Shown: one piece after another, positions 1 to 14,167 of the stretch
Numbering within the stretch: the stretch's first letter is position 1
Layout: every line of letters begins with the position of its first letter
NCBI GenBank assembly: GCA_051294905.1
Contig: CM119371.1
Span: 186,001-250,000 of the forward strand
DNA: 64,000 bases
DNA from: Botryllus schlosseri
Lineage: Eukaryota
Direction of reading: 5' to 3'
Notes under the pieces: model-generated
What the model was told of the DNA's origin: nothing
Seen by the model: only the letters and a program-made list of their open reading frames with translations
Databases searched by the model: none
Translations under genes and position numbers: made by a program

Positions 1-2890
1 CAAATAACTGATTCATTTGGATTGTTGAATTGATCATTTTGGACAGAATGTGAAGAAATTTTAGTCAAGAATTCTTTTTGTGTTAGTGGCTGTTTTTAAA
101 GAGTGCTGAAGTAGTCATCGTTGATCTTGATAATCAAGTAGCAGTGACGATTGAAGTCAGTTCTCTAGTCATATAATTTTAAAAAATATAATAATAAAAC
201 TTGAAAACTTGAGTGGAAATAGTTCAGAATCGAATCCATTTTAGTAAGTATGGGCGAAAAAAATGTAGGAGTCATTCGTTAGTCGCTACCTCTGCCATTT
301 TCGCAGTACGAATGTCTTAGCTATTAATCATCATTTTCATTTTATTTCTGCAGGGTGTTGAGAAAAAAGGCCGCATGCTGGTTATTTAACTGGCTCATCA
401 GAAGATGAAACCTGATGATAAGGACTGTTTTCACTTTCTTTCTAAAGACATTCGTTCGTTTGTTCGTTTTATTTTTTACAACGGCATTATTGCCAATTCG
501 TTTGAAATTAAATTATCACAAATGTGATTAATATGTAGTAAATAATGTGGTGTGTGTACGCAGCCGTGATCAGGTTAAGCCCATAGTGGTAGAAAACAGG
601 TTATTATATCAGGATCTTCTTCTTCTAACGTAGGATCTACATTCTACTCACCATGTTTAAAGGCTGTAGCATCTGCATAATATTTACATTATTGAAGGAC
701 ATGGAAAAGACGTTGAATTGAGTCGACACAAAATCCCCCTTTCTACGACCTGCCGAGATCTAATATCTACTATATCGGCTCGGCTTTTCTACATCTTTGG
801 TCTGTACTGTGTTTGCTGGGAGCTTAGTCAGATCACCTCGTCTAAAGATACAATGGATGAACCTCTTGAACCGGACAATAAAATGAGCTCAAGGGTAGAA
901 CCTGCTTAGAATACAACAATTCTCAAAAACAAGTCAACAACGTTAAATCCGAATCTTGTTGGTGTAATTCTGTCTACAGAAATATTGCATACCGGTGCGC
1001 TAGTTTCAAGAAAAACAAATTGTCTACTTTTGCCTACGATACATAACTGTCGCAACTTTAAAATTCCAATACATATTTAATGATATCTCATTTGCTTAGC
1101 ATTCAGTGTTACCATTTATAGCTTTCATGTGACACGGTTAATGAAAATTTGAAAGTTGACAAAAATAGGAAGGATACTCCTGTGATTTCCATGAGCAATG
1201 ACTTCAAACATGAGTTACATGCTCGTTCCGGAACACAAATAACACTAATAACTTGAAAGATATGTCTATGATATATGTTTATTCACGGGTCTCCATCGAG
1301 TTCCGCGTCTCAATTAGTTTTTTTGGATGTGGCAGTTACGTCTTACATACCACTACTCGAAGTGCTATACTGTGACGCGTGCTATTCTCTCCTTATAGAG
1401 AGTGTCGCAGAGTCCAAAAGGTTGAGAACTATACTGATATAAAAGTCCGGTTGTTAAAATTATTCGCACCAGTCATTGTCCTCAATTAGGCTACTCGACT
1501 GCGAATTCTTAGAAATTACTGCTATTGGCATATTTTCGATTTAGGGCCTGCGATGTTACTTCCCAATCTAATGCTGGCTTGGCGTTTGAACTTTATTTCT
1601 CTGTCGCTCTCTCCTGACCAACCTCACTACTCCGCAAAAACATTTCTGTTGCTACGTGGCTGTTACTGAAAAAAGCTATACCGACCCGGTCGAAGACTAG
1701 TCTCTGTAAGTGGTAAGTGGAACAGCGTTTCTATCGAATATTTTTCCAAGGAAACAGGGGAAACGGGAGTTTTTACTGTTGTTGTTACCGTCACGGTAGC
1801 TCGAGTTATTGCATTATGACGTAACGCTCTTCACAAAGAGTTTAACGTTAGGTCACGAGAGAGTGATGCGGCGACCATTCATTGCGTATAAAAAATAAAT
1901 ATAGTGATTGTGGGAAGGAGTGACGACTGAATTCAAATGCCCGATTGATATTCATCCGCGATAGATTTTGGTGTTGAGATGAGAATGATTAGAATTAGGA
2001 TTTGGGAAAACAGGATTTGAGAAATTTTGCTGGATTAGGATTCTGATTGGATTTACCGATTTTCGGAAGAATATGTCCTGGGGCGAATGGCGACAAAGTT
2101 TTTCGTCCTATCTAAGTTACTTCGTGGATTTTGAGCGTTCTATTTATTTTTTACAGAATTATCGGCATGGGACATAGGCTTTCTAAGTGGAATGATAAGT
2201 TTGAATCGGTTTAGGATTAGGAGTAGGATTGTAGTATACAGAATTTCTGGATCGGAAAGGATTGGATGAGGACATAGAAGTTTTGAATCCGCTCATCTCT
2301 GGTTTATTGGCGCCATTTTGCAGTATCTATCTCGTAAAGATGGTTATTTACGGTATTATTGTCGGTTAAACTTTCAATATTTGATATCATACCATCACCA
2401 TATGAATCGCGAAATATCTATTTAAATCAGGGACGAAACATGGATGCGGCGAGTTGGCATAATCCACAGCTACAACACCTATATGTTGTCTGTTCGAGTC
2501 CGACCGAGGTCGACTCCAGAATTCTCTTACCTAGGTGTTGGAGGTTTTTCTATTGTGGAAACCAGAGGTTTCCAGAATGCTCTGTATTTGCCATTTAGAA
2601 ATTGCGTTGGGCATGGTATGGCTGGAGATCGCGTGTTGACTTAATTGAGTGAGGCAGTTTGGCTGAGTTCGTGGCTGAAGATGGATGCGAGTGACTATGT
2701 CTCTATGTTTGGTTGCGTGAAGTATAAGTAGTTGGGAGCAGTAGCGTGAAGTAGAGGTTGTATAAGGCAGCTAGGGCGAGAAGTAGTAGGTAGTTGGTCT
2801 TGTATTTGCAGGCTTGAGTTGGACGTACCGATCGGAATCTCTGCTGGGGCACGGCCTGGTCACTCACGGTGCTACGCGAGCACCTACAGC

Positions 2891-3612
2891 AAGGGTCGGC
2901 AACCTACGGCCCGCGGGCCGGATCCGGCCTGCCAAGCGAAATCGTCCGGCCTCTGACACAATAATTAGTTTTCACAAGACTACGGCCCGCCGTTTCACAA
3001 TGCTTTTCAATCGGCAGTGTCGCACTCCTTGGAAAAAATGAGGTATGCCTATTGCTACGATATAAGTTTCCGACATCGTATTAGTCTATTGTGACGGAGG
3101 GGGTTAAGTAGGAGATGAGGATTGTCTGTATAGTGTCTAATAGATCAGTGCTTATCAATCTGGTATATCTCGCAACCAAAAATTTACCATACTTTTTAGC
3201 GAGTTTACCGATGGGGTGTGACAATAAAAGTGTCCTTCCTCTGCTTCAAAAACGCTTGGAACATCTCAGACGCAATGACAAAATCTCAAACTTACACTGT
3301 TAAATTACCGATAACTGGCCTCCGTAGATTAGTTATCCATAATTTAATTCCCAAAAGGCATTGTGCGCCAAGACAACAAACCTGAAGTGTTTTGGCCACA
3401 ATGATGAAAACTGTAAATATGATTTTGTCTCACAAACTGAATCACCAACATTGTTACGCCAAATATTACTAGAAGCATAGACTCAATATGGTGATGTAAT
3501 GTATATCTGCCCTGTTCGCGCATTAAGTCGAGCAGCTATACTAGCACGAGTCTATGAACTGAGAAATGAAATAGCAACTTTCCTCGAAAATACAAATATC
3601 GCCGACTCATAA
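2891..3612 (+). pseudogene. Decayed hAT (SPIN/Buster, ZBED5/GTF2IRD2-like) element: left end plus transposase relic
   Basis: The left end CAAGGGTCGGCAACCTACGGCCCGCGGGCCGG near 2891 has the form of a hAT/Charlie terminus. 3355-3612 translates, with frameshifts, to ALCAKTTNL..MMKTVNMILSHKLNH..QYGDVMYICPVRALSRAAILARVYELRNEIATFLEN. This matches the Buster/SPIN motif 'YGDLLYHTEVRWLSRG.VL.R..ELR.EI'. Confidence 0.75.
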
Positions 3613-4564
3613 TCTTATGATGATGATCGCCTGTTTGCACCACAACATAAAAGCTTTAAAGTTCAAAGGTCTCTTTGCTTTTTGATAAGCTTTTTCTGAG
3701 TTCCTGTCACCCATTCGTTCACCATCTTTCTTCTCTTGCTTGCTTCCATACGTCCTATTCAGTGGTGCCGATTTTCGAGCCTCATCGGCTTTACTTAGTC
3801 ATCTGGGCTTGATTACATGACGCTGCTCATGTACTTAGATAAGCATTGGGGAGTCCAGATAAGCCTCCGACCCACTTGCGTCAAGTGGGATTCGAACTCA
3901 ATTCCAACGCTTCCCAATCTTTCAGGTAATTTTGCAGTTACCAACCTCTACGTCATAAACTTTTTTTCTACTCATGGCTGAAGTGAATATTTCCCTATTC
4001 TCTGCCATCACCACCATACATTGCTGATGTTGGATGGTCGTTGTCTAAATCATTTTGACTTCTTCTGACCAGATTCGGATTAATTTTGAAGAACTCGCAA
4101 ATCGTAAAAGTAGCTTAACCAAATCCATCTGAAATCAAATTTCACACGGTTCGGTAATATTACAATATTACTAATCTCCGATGTTAACTGATCACTGACT
4201 CCTTGTCGATAAGTATACACTTGAAGCATAATAATGCTGTAGCCATACGATGAATAGTTAGTAGGTCCAGATGAAGGTACTAAACCTTGGAATTACTTGT
4301 TTGACAAAGGCTATCTTAAACTGCTCTACTCCATCATGTTAATTGAATACTATACATTGTCATCTATCTGCACGAAAAAAATCAATCCTGTAACACGAAC
4401 ACATAATGTGACAGCAAAGACCAGCGCAGTAGCAGAAATTGCGACATACAAATGCATTACTGTCGCAGAGAAGATGATACCAGAAACGCGCTTGGCCCCA
4501 GACCGTGGTTGCTATGCTGAAAAGTCACGTGACTTTCGAGCCCAATTGCTACTATATGTGCCAT

Positions 4565-6437
4565 CATAGTGTCCTATAAGGTGTCGACACAAGCAAATCG
4601 CACGGTTCAATGAAATTGTATCACGTTGCAGTTGCCATTTGGCTACAGGCAATTTAACGGTGATTTTTGTCCGACTTGCCGAGCATTAAATTTGATGAAT
4701 CGGGTATCAATCGAAAGCTGACGCTGTACTGCTTGCGAAAATATAAATTTTGTTCCACTCATGGCCCTGGAACCCCCACAATCTGCCCCAAATTATTCAT
4801 TGTCTAGTAGATTGGCAGTGTGACGCAACAATGATGTCTGGCGAAACGAGATACTATCTCAAGAGCAAGGATGCGGCCGACCGGCGAGAGTGGGATCAGC
4901 TGACGCCGCGGCAATAGCAATGTGCAACCGCACCACAGAGAAACGCTGCGCTGTTGATACTTTTTCTATGCGCTTCGCTAAAAGCGAGCACACACCAGCC
5001 TTTCCTTCACTTGTAAGGGTAGAACTGGGTCCACAGAATGTATTTGGTCCCTACCAATTTTCGCGCAATCCTTCAGCTGTTAGAGATATTTCTAGTAAGA
5101 AAAATATACTTTCAAGTAATAAGATTCACTCAAGACAGCAAATTTAGATAATGTAAAAATATCATATTGTAGTAATACAACTACAGTGTTGAGTTTTCAC
5201 TCTAGTCCCCATAAGCACCACGTCGGTGACCTTGCCAAATTCCGAGAAGGCGAAAAAGTGCAAACTCTGTTGGGCCGAATGGACAATGGACACTCAGTTA
5301 TTCACAGATGCAAAAAATACTGCAAATCCGTTTTACGTAAGTTACATTAGGAATATATATACAGGCTACAGAATGAATACAATTCAAATATCTGTGATAC
5401 CACTGTATTACTTTTGACGTAAAAGGTCCCCGGCATTCAAAAAAACTGTTTGGTGATTGAAAAATGCTAAACCAAATTCCAACGTCAACGTTTATAGTGA
5501 TATCAGATATATTCCAGTGAAAAACAAAGGTATGAATTTGGTGGTAACATTATGGAATCATCTGGCAGGTATGGTCCGCAAGCTTTCTAGTAACGGATTG
5601 AATCCGGACAGCGATACCAGTTTAATTCGACACTCCTGCTGTTAAACTTTATTCAACAATCAACATTTTACCTGCTGCATTTGCGGACCAAGTCCTACCC
5701 ATACGGATCAAATAAAAGCTTGTAATGTATGCTCAGCTCATGCTCAATGCTCCTTGCTCACACTTAACCATAAAAGCGACTATAGAAAGTATCGACACCC
5801 GCCATCAACAGCGCGACGTGTCTCTGGAGCCCTACGCAACAAGCGGGCTAAGGCAATCGATATCATAATAATCTGACATATCCAATGTAGACTACTTAGA
5901 TGTAGCCTACATATCTTTATCAGCTGAAGGATATTGCGCGAAAATTGGTAGGGCCCTAATACATTCCGTGGACCCAGTTCTACCATTACAAGTCAAGGAA
6001 AGGCTGGTGTGTGCTCGCTTGTACCGAAACTCATAGAAAAAGTATCAACAGAGCAGCGTTTCTCTGTGGCGCGTTTGCACATCGCTATTGCCGCGACGTC
6101 AGCTGATCCAACTCTCGCCGCTCGGCCGCATCCTTGCTCTTGAGCTAGTCTCTCGTTTCGCCAGACAGCATTGTTGCGTCACACTGCCAATCTACTCGAC
6201 AATCAATAATTGGGGGCTGATTGTGGGGGTTCCAGGGCCGCGAGCGGAATAAAATTTATATTTTCGTAATCAGTGCAGAGTCAGCTTTCGATTGATACCC
6301 GATTCATCAAATTTAATGCTCGGCAAGCCGGTCAAAAATCACCGTCAAATTGCCTGTAGCCAAATGGAAACTGTGACGTGATACAATTTCATTGAACCGT
6401 GCGATTTGCTTGTGTCGACACCATATAGGACACTATG
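4565..6437. mobile_element. Foldback-type non-autonomous DNA element with ~520-bp inverted arms
   Basis: 4565-~5090 (CATAGTGTCCTATAAGGTGTCGACACAAGC...) is the near-identical reverse complement of ~5911-6437 (...GCTTGTGTCGACACCATATAGGACACTATG). Both flanks read AT; no longer TSD is visible. Confidence 0.85.
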
Positions 6438-6831
6438 ATTTCACGCACCCAACGATTTGCATTCTAGTCAGGGCCGTAACCAAAATTACCAATAGGTTGG
6501 GGAGAAAGCTTGAAGAGGACACAAAGTTATTTCCTAAATCAACACACATAATTAATAGAGTGTTCTCGAGAGATTGATTGTCGCTGAATATCTTGATTTT
6601 GAAATGCATACTTCTCGGCCTCAAGAGAAAATATTCATAATTTTTAGAAATAGGCATTTCGGTGCCGGCCATTACCGTGCCACGACACATCCAAGATATA
6701 TGCAGTTTCGGTCAACATGTGACTTCACGAAGTGTGGTATAGAAAATCCATTGGCTGAAGCTTTGTGTATGTATCCATTGTCCATACCCGCGCTGGATGG
6801 GCGTGACGAATCTTGTCTTGCTACTAATCAG

Positions 6832-9800
6832 TAAGGGCGATTTTTTGACATGTCAAAAAAGTCAAAATTAGGTCAAAATTGTAGCGTTTGGTCAAAAAAT
6901 GTCAAAATTGTTGACAAAAACAAAAAAAAATTGCCACCTGCATTTCGTTTGTGTCGTAGATTTTGCACTGTCTATGAACTTACCATTTTACATTTTACAG
7001 CTTGTAGCCCACTTCATAGGCCTACCGTTGTAGACGGCCCGTTGTCTGCTCATTGTGAATTATGAACATTCAAATTAAACGTGGTTGACGTGCTGTTATG
7101 CTTAACGTACCGCAATATCCTAAGTGAAGCAAGACTCCATAGGCATTGCATGGTTTTTATATCAAGAAGCGTATTGTGAAAAGTTGTGATGTCCACCATT
7201 GTCAGAATGAAGCAATACGGTGTGCTACCAGCAGTGTACGCACAACATCGGTGTTGTCAGCCAACAGCTGCTACAGTTAAACATTCTCTCTCCATTCTTG
7301 GCAAGCTACTTAGTAAGGACAGACACTTTCTACTAGGGATGGTGTGAACCTCTGAAAGGTTCAGGTTCGTGTGAACGCGAACCTTTTTGAAAGGTTCTGT
7401 GTGAACACGAACGTGAACCTCATGACGTCACGTGACGTCATATTGCTATTTCGTACCTTATCTGTCAATGAAGTGATAGCCTATATTAACGAACACGATA
7501 CCTATAGCGACGACTCGGGCCGCATCATGTCACAATGCAGAACTACATGTTGGCGTTTTAAACGTCACTAAATGTATCAACTGAGGCAATCAAAGGATAT
7601 AACACTTCTATAAAATCAATATCTTCCGTCGCTTTGCCAACAATTTCGACGAGGGCTTACCAGGGAATATAAGCTTACGCCTTAACGGTCTAGGCTAGAC
7701 AGGACAATTAATGTATTCGGTGTCTGAGTATCGCTACATTGATATTGAGCAGAGTGTAAAACTGGTTTCTATATTTGCTACCGATATTACCCCATTAACA
7801 AGTTTTACAGCAGTAGCCAACACCTCAATCACAAGGATTTGGTTTTCGTGATGTAGTAAAGATATGAGGTCCAGATTGCCCCGTACTCCTGCTAGCTTTT
7901 TTGCATCAGAAAACGATATCAATCTCATTAATTGGTTAAGCATCATTCGCTGACTACGTATTTCGCTCGTGATGTTGTGTTATTGCAGGTCAAACTCACA
8001 GCAGAGAGACTCTAAATATTCACAAACGGAAAGCTGAATATTTCGAGCAAAAATTTGTTACAAAGCAAGTAAAACTTTTGAGATTGTCAAGGTGCATGCT
8101 CGTTTATAGTGTTGATTTTTAATGCTGCCAGCGCCATGGATAGAGTGGCCCGCAGTTGAAATGCAATTAATATGAACCAAAGATGTTATAATCAAAGCCG
8201 TAACAGCACTTCGTCAGCCCCCCCAAACATTGGTCTTGGGCCCCCCATAGGGGTATAGACCGAACGTGATAAAACGACCCCCCCCCCATCACGTTGTTCG
8301 CGTTTTTCACGAAATTATCCGTAGTGTATTGTGAGCCAGCGCGAAGCGCGAAAATTTTCTATAATTTATGATAAAATCGGTTTAACGAAATATATTGTTC
8401 ACGCCATTTTAAGATTTGAGCAATAGGGAGTGTTGTGAACCTTACCTAATTCCCTGAAGTGAAAACCCGAAAGACCTTCGTGAGTCGTCTATTTGTCGTG
8501 TGAATTATAGATAAGAGAAATAAATCGTACGATCTTTGGTGCATGTAATCTCTCGTGGCTATGATATATATACGAATGTAACACAGCGTATATACACGTT
8601 AATTCATCATTATTAGCTGATTCGGAAGTCTATTGCATTGCCGTACGTGATTCAATAAAGTTACAAGTCGTGGAGACAGAAACAAAATATATTCGTCAGT
8701 GTGATCCATCGAATACATGTGCAATAGACAGGTCGTGGTACGTCAGACAACAAGGCCGTACGGCTTGGTTACGCCGGTCCGTCAAAAGAAGAAACACGCA
8801 GCGAATTGTAAACGCAACCTTCTGGAGTCAGATAAAACACAATTATACAACTACAAACATTCGCTCTGCGTTATAATTGGTCAATCAGATCGGCGACTGC
8901 ATATGTAATATGCTATCAATTTATGGTCCTCTCTACTCACGTAATTAGATTTACCGGTAGAGGTGAGTGAAGTGTCTTGAAAACGGGAGGGCTCGTAAAT
9001 AATGATTAAACATCTTCGGGCGGGTGGAACCGTTGATATGACTTCGTTACATGATGTTATTTCGTGACTTCCAGTCTGCCATATCAAAAAATATAGAACC
9101 GCCCCAACGTAGGCTTCTAAACTAAGAGAAGCACACGATTTCAAATTGATATTTCTTCACTGGCATAAAATTTTTTCCAGCGGGATGGTATTTGTCTTGT
9201 GAGGTTCAGATTGCAATGACAGGAACATTCGGCGCCAGTCATTTAGGCGCCTATTGACAATTAAACCTATATGTATTTTGTATATATAGCGAAGTCTTTG
9301 ATCTGCATAAGGGCATAGACCTTTTCGGCCAAGCTTTTCTCGCTGCCAATCGTTCTGGCACACTTCTTGGAGTCGCATGTTATATGGCCTAAAACTTGAA
9401 TGTATGTCTTGGTGGGTCGTGGCGCGGTAATGGCCCAATACCCAATAATAAAGATAAATGGCTACTTGCATTCGAGCGCAGCGCGAAAAATTTTTGAAAA
9501 AATTGCATAAATTTTCAAAATATACTCTATGATTTATGCTAATTCGCGAAATAATTTTGGGCCCCCATCGAACTCGCCCCCTCCCCCCCCCAATTGGGGG
9601 GTTTGGGGTGCGGCAGTTACGGTGCTGGTTATAATGAAGTGAAAATTGTAATATATGAAAAAGGTTCACAGTGCAGAACCTACCAAGGTTCTGTTGTGAA
9701 CGCGAACCTCCAAATTTCCGAGGTTCACACACAGAACGCGAACGTGAACCTCACGTTCACACCATCCCTACTTTCTACCCGAGAATGTAGGAAAGTATCT

Positions 9801-10102
9801 TCGTTGTACTCCAACAAATTCTAATTATTTCTACCATATTACGTAATGTAACCAATGGAATTCTTTATAGGGCCAGATTTCATTCAAATAAAAAAAATTA
9901 ATGTAAAAAATTTGTCACATATTGAGTCAAAAAGTTTTTTGAGGGCAAACTACTTCGTAAGGACAGACAGTTCGAACCAGAAATGATGATAAGTAGTACA
10001 ATTCTAAACACCTAATTAGCATACGTTACGTCAAAATTTGGTTTATAAAGGTAAACAAATGTCAAAATTTATATTTTTAGGTAAAAAAAATCGTCCCACT
10101 TA
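6832..10102 (+). mobile_element. Old non-autonomous TIR element carrying a hAT dimerisation-domain relic, interrupted by younger insertions
   Basis: Imperfect termini TAAGGGCGATTTTTT / AAAAAAATCGTCCCACTTA. Removing the 7334-9770 insert rejoins LPAVYAQHRCCQPTAATVKHSLSILGKLLSKDRHFL|PENVGKYL, which resembles a hAT C-terminus (QPTS..VERSFS.L). The flanks 6650-6830 and 10110-10240 occur contiguously, without the insert, at ~36480-36740. Confidence 0.6.
7334..9770. mobile_element. hAT-type non-autonomous element
   Basis: 16-bp TIR TAGGGATGGTGTGAAC at both ends, perfect 8-bp TSD CTTTCTAC (7326-7333, 9771-9778), and subterminal GTGAAC/GCGAAC repeats. Confidence 0.92.
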
Positions 10103-12194
10103 GAAGCTTCCCACTATGTAAATGACACATGAGCCGTCCACAGAGGAAAATGATGCGCCCCGTGAAAAAATGACAATTTGTGCGTGCTTCTCAAAAATTA
10201 TTTCTTTTACTTTTCCTGTAGGTTACTACGTTTGGATGGCGTGATTAAGAAGCAATCGTAATCGCAATCGATTACATTCATGACGTAATCACGCCATGTC
10301 TGACAGGCTGCACTACAAAGTTCCTGGTAAAACACTCACGTTGGTCTGTTGGAATTGCTTCAATTCCAGAATTCATGGTGTAGTTGTTGGTGAACTTGTT
10401 CACAGTAATCTGATCTCCCGCCACGACGTTAACCGCGCTGCTTATGATCCGTTGATTGACGTTTTCGCCTACTGCCAAACTTGCTGATTCTGAGACGCGC
10501 GAGAATATTGTAATAGTTCCGATGCATACTCATTTGTAAGCATTTGCAAATCAAATTGCGATCATGGAAATTTCCCAGAATGTCTTACTAGTATTAGATT
10601 ATGCAGCGCGCTAATAATATTATATTTCAATGACTTTAACATGATTTTATATGGATAATACTGAGGAAATCAATAGGAACTCAAATATTCAAGTATATTC
10701 ACTTACTGCTTTCCCCGGCTAATAATGATGAAGGCAAAACTGGGTCACCATAATTTTGGTCTTCACCCCCTTCCGCCATGACAACAATCACGTAATGTTA
10801 AATAGTTGCTGTATTAGACAATAATAAAAATGCAAGGAGTGTCATTTAACAGCCTAAAATATTTGAGAAATGTATTTGAATAGCGCATCGAGAATAAAGG
10901 ATTCAATTCGAGTACTCTGATTCAGGAGCTGTGAACATCCAAAATTTGGAACATACAATAACCACGTGAACAAATAGGATTGGTGTAACAAAATACACCA
11001 ATTATGCTCGAGGCGCTCAGCTTCATTTCTGGCCGTTTCAAGACGTGATACAGTTGATAAAAGAAATTTATCCCACAAACATAAATTCACAGTTTATCAT
11101 CACCCACGAAAGCTCAGCCGCCTAGCGTGCCCAATACTCCATCACATGACGTCTAACGAGACAACCCAACGGAACACAGTTTAGACTCACTTTTTCAGCT
11201 TCACATCACAAAAAAATGCAAAACTTCAAATTCAAAGTATGAATCGTTAGAAAAAGCTATCGAGACAAAATACGCGTGGTGACCAGTAGCACGGAACAAA
11301 GATTTTCATGAGGAGGGTGGCGGCCACCCCATACAATACGATTAAACGCCCGCCGTCTGCGATTGCAAATCATCAGCGCTGTCAAGTAGCGAGTCCGTGA
11401 TAGCGTGTATATGCCAACTATTTACCATTCACCTATACGCGTGCGAATAATTGAATACGCAATTCCGTCGGCGACGACGAACTAGTTCTTAAAACACCCC
11501 AATAAATGTAATCCATGGTTAGTAATCAGACAATCGAAGCAACCTCGTTTACGTCAATTTCGACACGCTTGCGCTGAGAAACGCCATCTTCTCTCTCGAC
11601 CAGACGAGCGAATTCACGTTGTATTTGCGCCCATTTTATTTACAAAATAATTCTTGAGTTAGTTCCACGATAGTCTCTTTAATTAGAGGCTTGGAGCGCG
11701 AGACGGACAGTGTGCTTGTGTAGGCCTGCGAATTGAAAGTCAATGCAGCTCAAACGTCGTTATAATGAGCAAACAATTGTCTCGATGTCAGACTCGGAAC
11801 CCCATTATGCTGCACGCAAGTTGAGGAATTACTGATTAGATGCGCGCTTTCTCGTTTGCTATCATATGTTGAATTACGTTGTCAAATATATTGATGCAAC
11901 ACGATATTCTCGGTGGCGTGAATTCTGAATTTATTCGATTAGTTTGAACGGGAACCATTTATGTTCCAAGAAACCTAATTGCTGGACGGACTCCATCAAG
12001 CGCAACAATATCGCGGATCGAATTTCAATCCTATTATGATATGTATTTCTACTGATAAGGTCACGACATGCTCCCATATTGCTCTTGCTGCAATAACACG
12101 TGGATAATTAAAATGACACCATTTTATGATCAAATTCGACTGGCTGATCGGGGCCTACGTGATATTAAACAGCGCGCTGTCGGCAATAAAACCC

Positions 12195-13351
12195 CAGGTA
12201 CGTAGCCAGGGAGTTTCTCATTTATCACTAGAAATCCCGTCCTTTTGTAATGCCAATTTCCTAAACCGTATTATCGATGCTGCGTACTGCAAATTATCCA
12301 GAATCATTGGTATGTGAAATGGGTCATCGACATCTCATGTACGCTATCGTCGGTGGTTTGATTTAGCGCGTCCACATGCAGGCCTGCTACCGTCCGCAAA
12401 AATACTTGAGTCAAACAGTGACAATCTTTGAGTGTAATATTGTTTGTGTTTATGTATCTTCATCTTGATTAAAACTTATGCCCGGGTCTGAACAAATTTT
12501 GCTCGTTGCCATCGCCGAATCTGGTTATTCAGGTATGACTAGCGCACCCTGTATTTTAATCATTGCAGATTTGCGGCATGTCTTCAATTTCGTTATCAGC
12601 GCAACCATGCCGGCCGATTGTACACTGTACGTGTACAGTCCGATAAAATTGATTCTACTATGTATTTGGCACAGCGTACTGATGCCGATTTCAGCAAACT
12701 AACGATCCTTATTAGATGTACAAATTCGACTTCATCGTTAGAAACGTAGCTTTCATCGCGCGCTCTGAGAAACATAATCTCCTATCGCGATTTGGCGACC
12801 AAATATACGTTCACCATTTACAAATCAATGTGCATTATTTGCATCGATGAGGGCTGCAAGCCGCGTTCAAAATATTTTGTGAACTATTTTTGTGATAAAT
12901 ATTCTTGGAGCGCAAAGTTGAACAGTGTTTTATTGTGTGTGCCTGCTAGTTGGGATTTATTCCAGTGCCCATAATATTAATCCAATAACGAGCTACTCAA
13001 TCCCAAGTAAAAAGCCATTGTGTTCGCGGTAAGTAATAATTACTGATTGGCCGCGCGCATTTGTAATCATAATTCTTGTCTCTCTTTCGTGTTCCAGAAT
13101 TGTCGCGCCACATTACTGCTCAGTGTTCAGTCCAGCGACGAATGCCGAGCAGGCGGCAATCAATCACCTAATTTCGCAATAACCTCAGCGGAAGATCGGG
13201 TCGCGTTTCATTTTACGATACGCGTGCACCGTGCAGTCCAGGTATAGACGAATCGCTAATTGGTCGTGGCAGCATCAGAATGGTCATTTCAGAAGGACGT
13301 GGTTTTGCGTTTCAAAGGAGGGTGTTTCGACACCCCCTGGCTACGCACCTG
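12195..13351. mobile_element. Probable MITE with CAGGT(A/G)CGTAGCCAGGG termini
   Basis: The termini CAGGTACGTAGCCAGGG and CCCTGGCTACGCACCTG are inverted copies. No TSD is recognisable, so the two ends could belong to different copies. Confidence 0.45.
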
Positions 13352-14167
13352 CCGCCACCTGCAAAAATAAAAGTTGGCGCCTATGCAACCATGGGTGAAT
13401 TAGCGGTGAAAGTTTTCGGCCGCACATCAACATCACGGGCTCACTGCCGAATTGCCCGGGTTATTATTATTCATTGTTTAGTTGTCACCGTCCCAAATGT
13501 TACCATATTTGATTTGGCAAAGATTCTCATCCACTACGTCGCTGTACTCACAGCGTATTCACAATAAAAAGACCCGTTCAAGGTCCAATCCAAGGAAGAG
13601 GTTGAAAAAGCGAGGCAGATCGGACACTGACATTAGGCTGATTGGTCTGCCAGAATGAGAGACTTTAACTGACCGTTTCGACACCCTGGTAACTGTTTAT
13701 CACATTGTAGGCTACCTATTAGTTTGATTTGAGCGGATAAAATAATAGAACCACCGATTATGTCACACTCAGAATTTGGATTCCCTAATTTTTTGTCATA
13801 CGTCGACTTGTCTACTACCAGGGGAAACCTGAGCAGTCCGTCACCGGTTGCGGACCAGTTCTGGCGTAGTGAATGCGACTCAGTTTACACGAGTCATAAA
13901 TTTGTTATATGTCACATACAAGTACCGAGAGCTAGTTTTTCAGAAAATTTCCGACAAACAAAGCTATGTGGTAGCATGAGATTTATATGGCATCTAGGCT
14001 TAAAAAGGCCACTTCAATATAATAAAGTATGGTTCCGCCTTATAGTTCAAGATTGATGTACAATTATGGCCAGGAAAGCTACGAGTAGAGGAGTCCCATA
14101 AAAAAAACTACGAATCTTTACTATTCTCTGTTATTTTGCACAAATGAAATTTTAGTACATGCTATAC

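Noticed and set aside
340..421. Good splice acceptor (TTTATTTCTGCAG) followed by short frames, one with an in-frame TGT-TGA
   Set aside because: It could be a terminal exon of an upstream gene, but it is too short to identify, and there is no SECIS evidence for selenocysteine.
2360..2888. Strand-skewed segment ending ...CCTACA with a GTTCGAGTCC B-box-like motif; possible solo LTR or SINE
   Set aside because: No TSD, PBS/PPT, second copy or full tRNA cloverleaf can be shown.
3867..3910. GGGATTCGAACTC, a reverse-strand tRNA T-loop-like motif
   Set aside because: An isolated B-box only, with no A-box or cloverleaf; at most a SINE remnant.
9157..9732. 191-aa minus-strand ORF
   Set aside because: It runs across MITE subterminal repeats and a poly-C tract, and has no recognisable domain.
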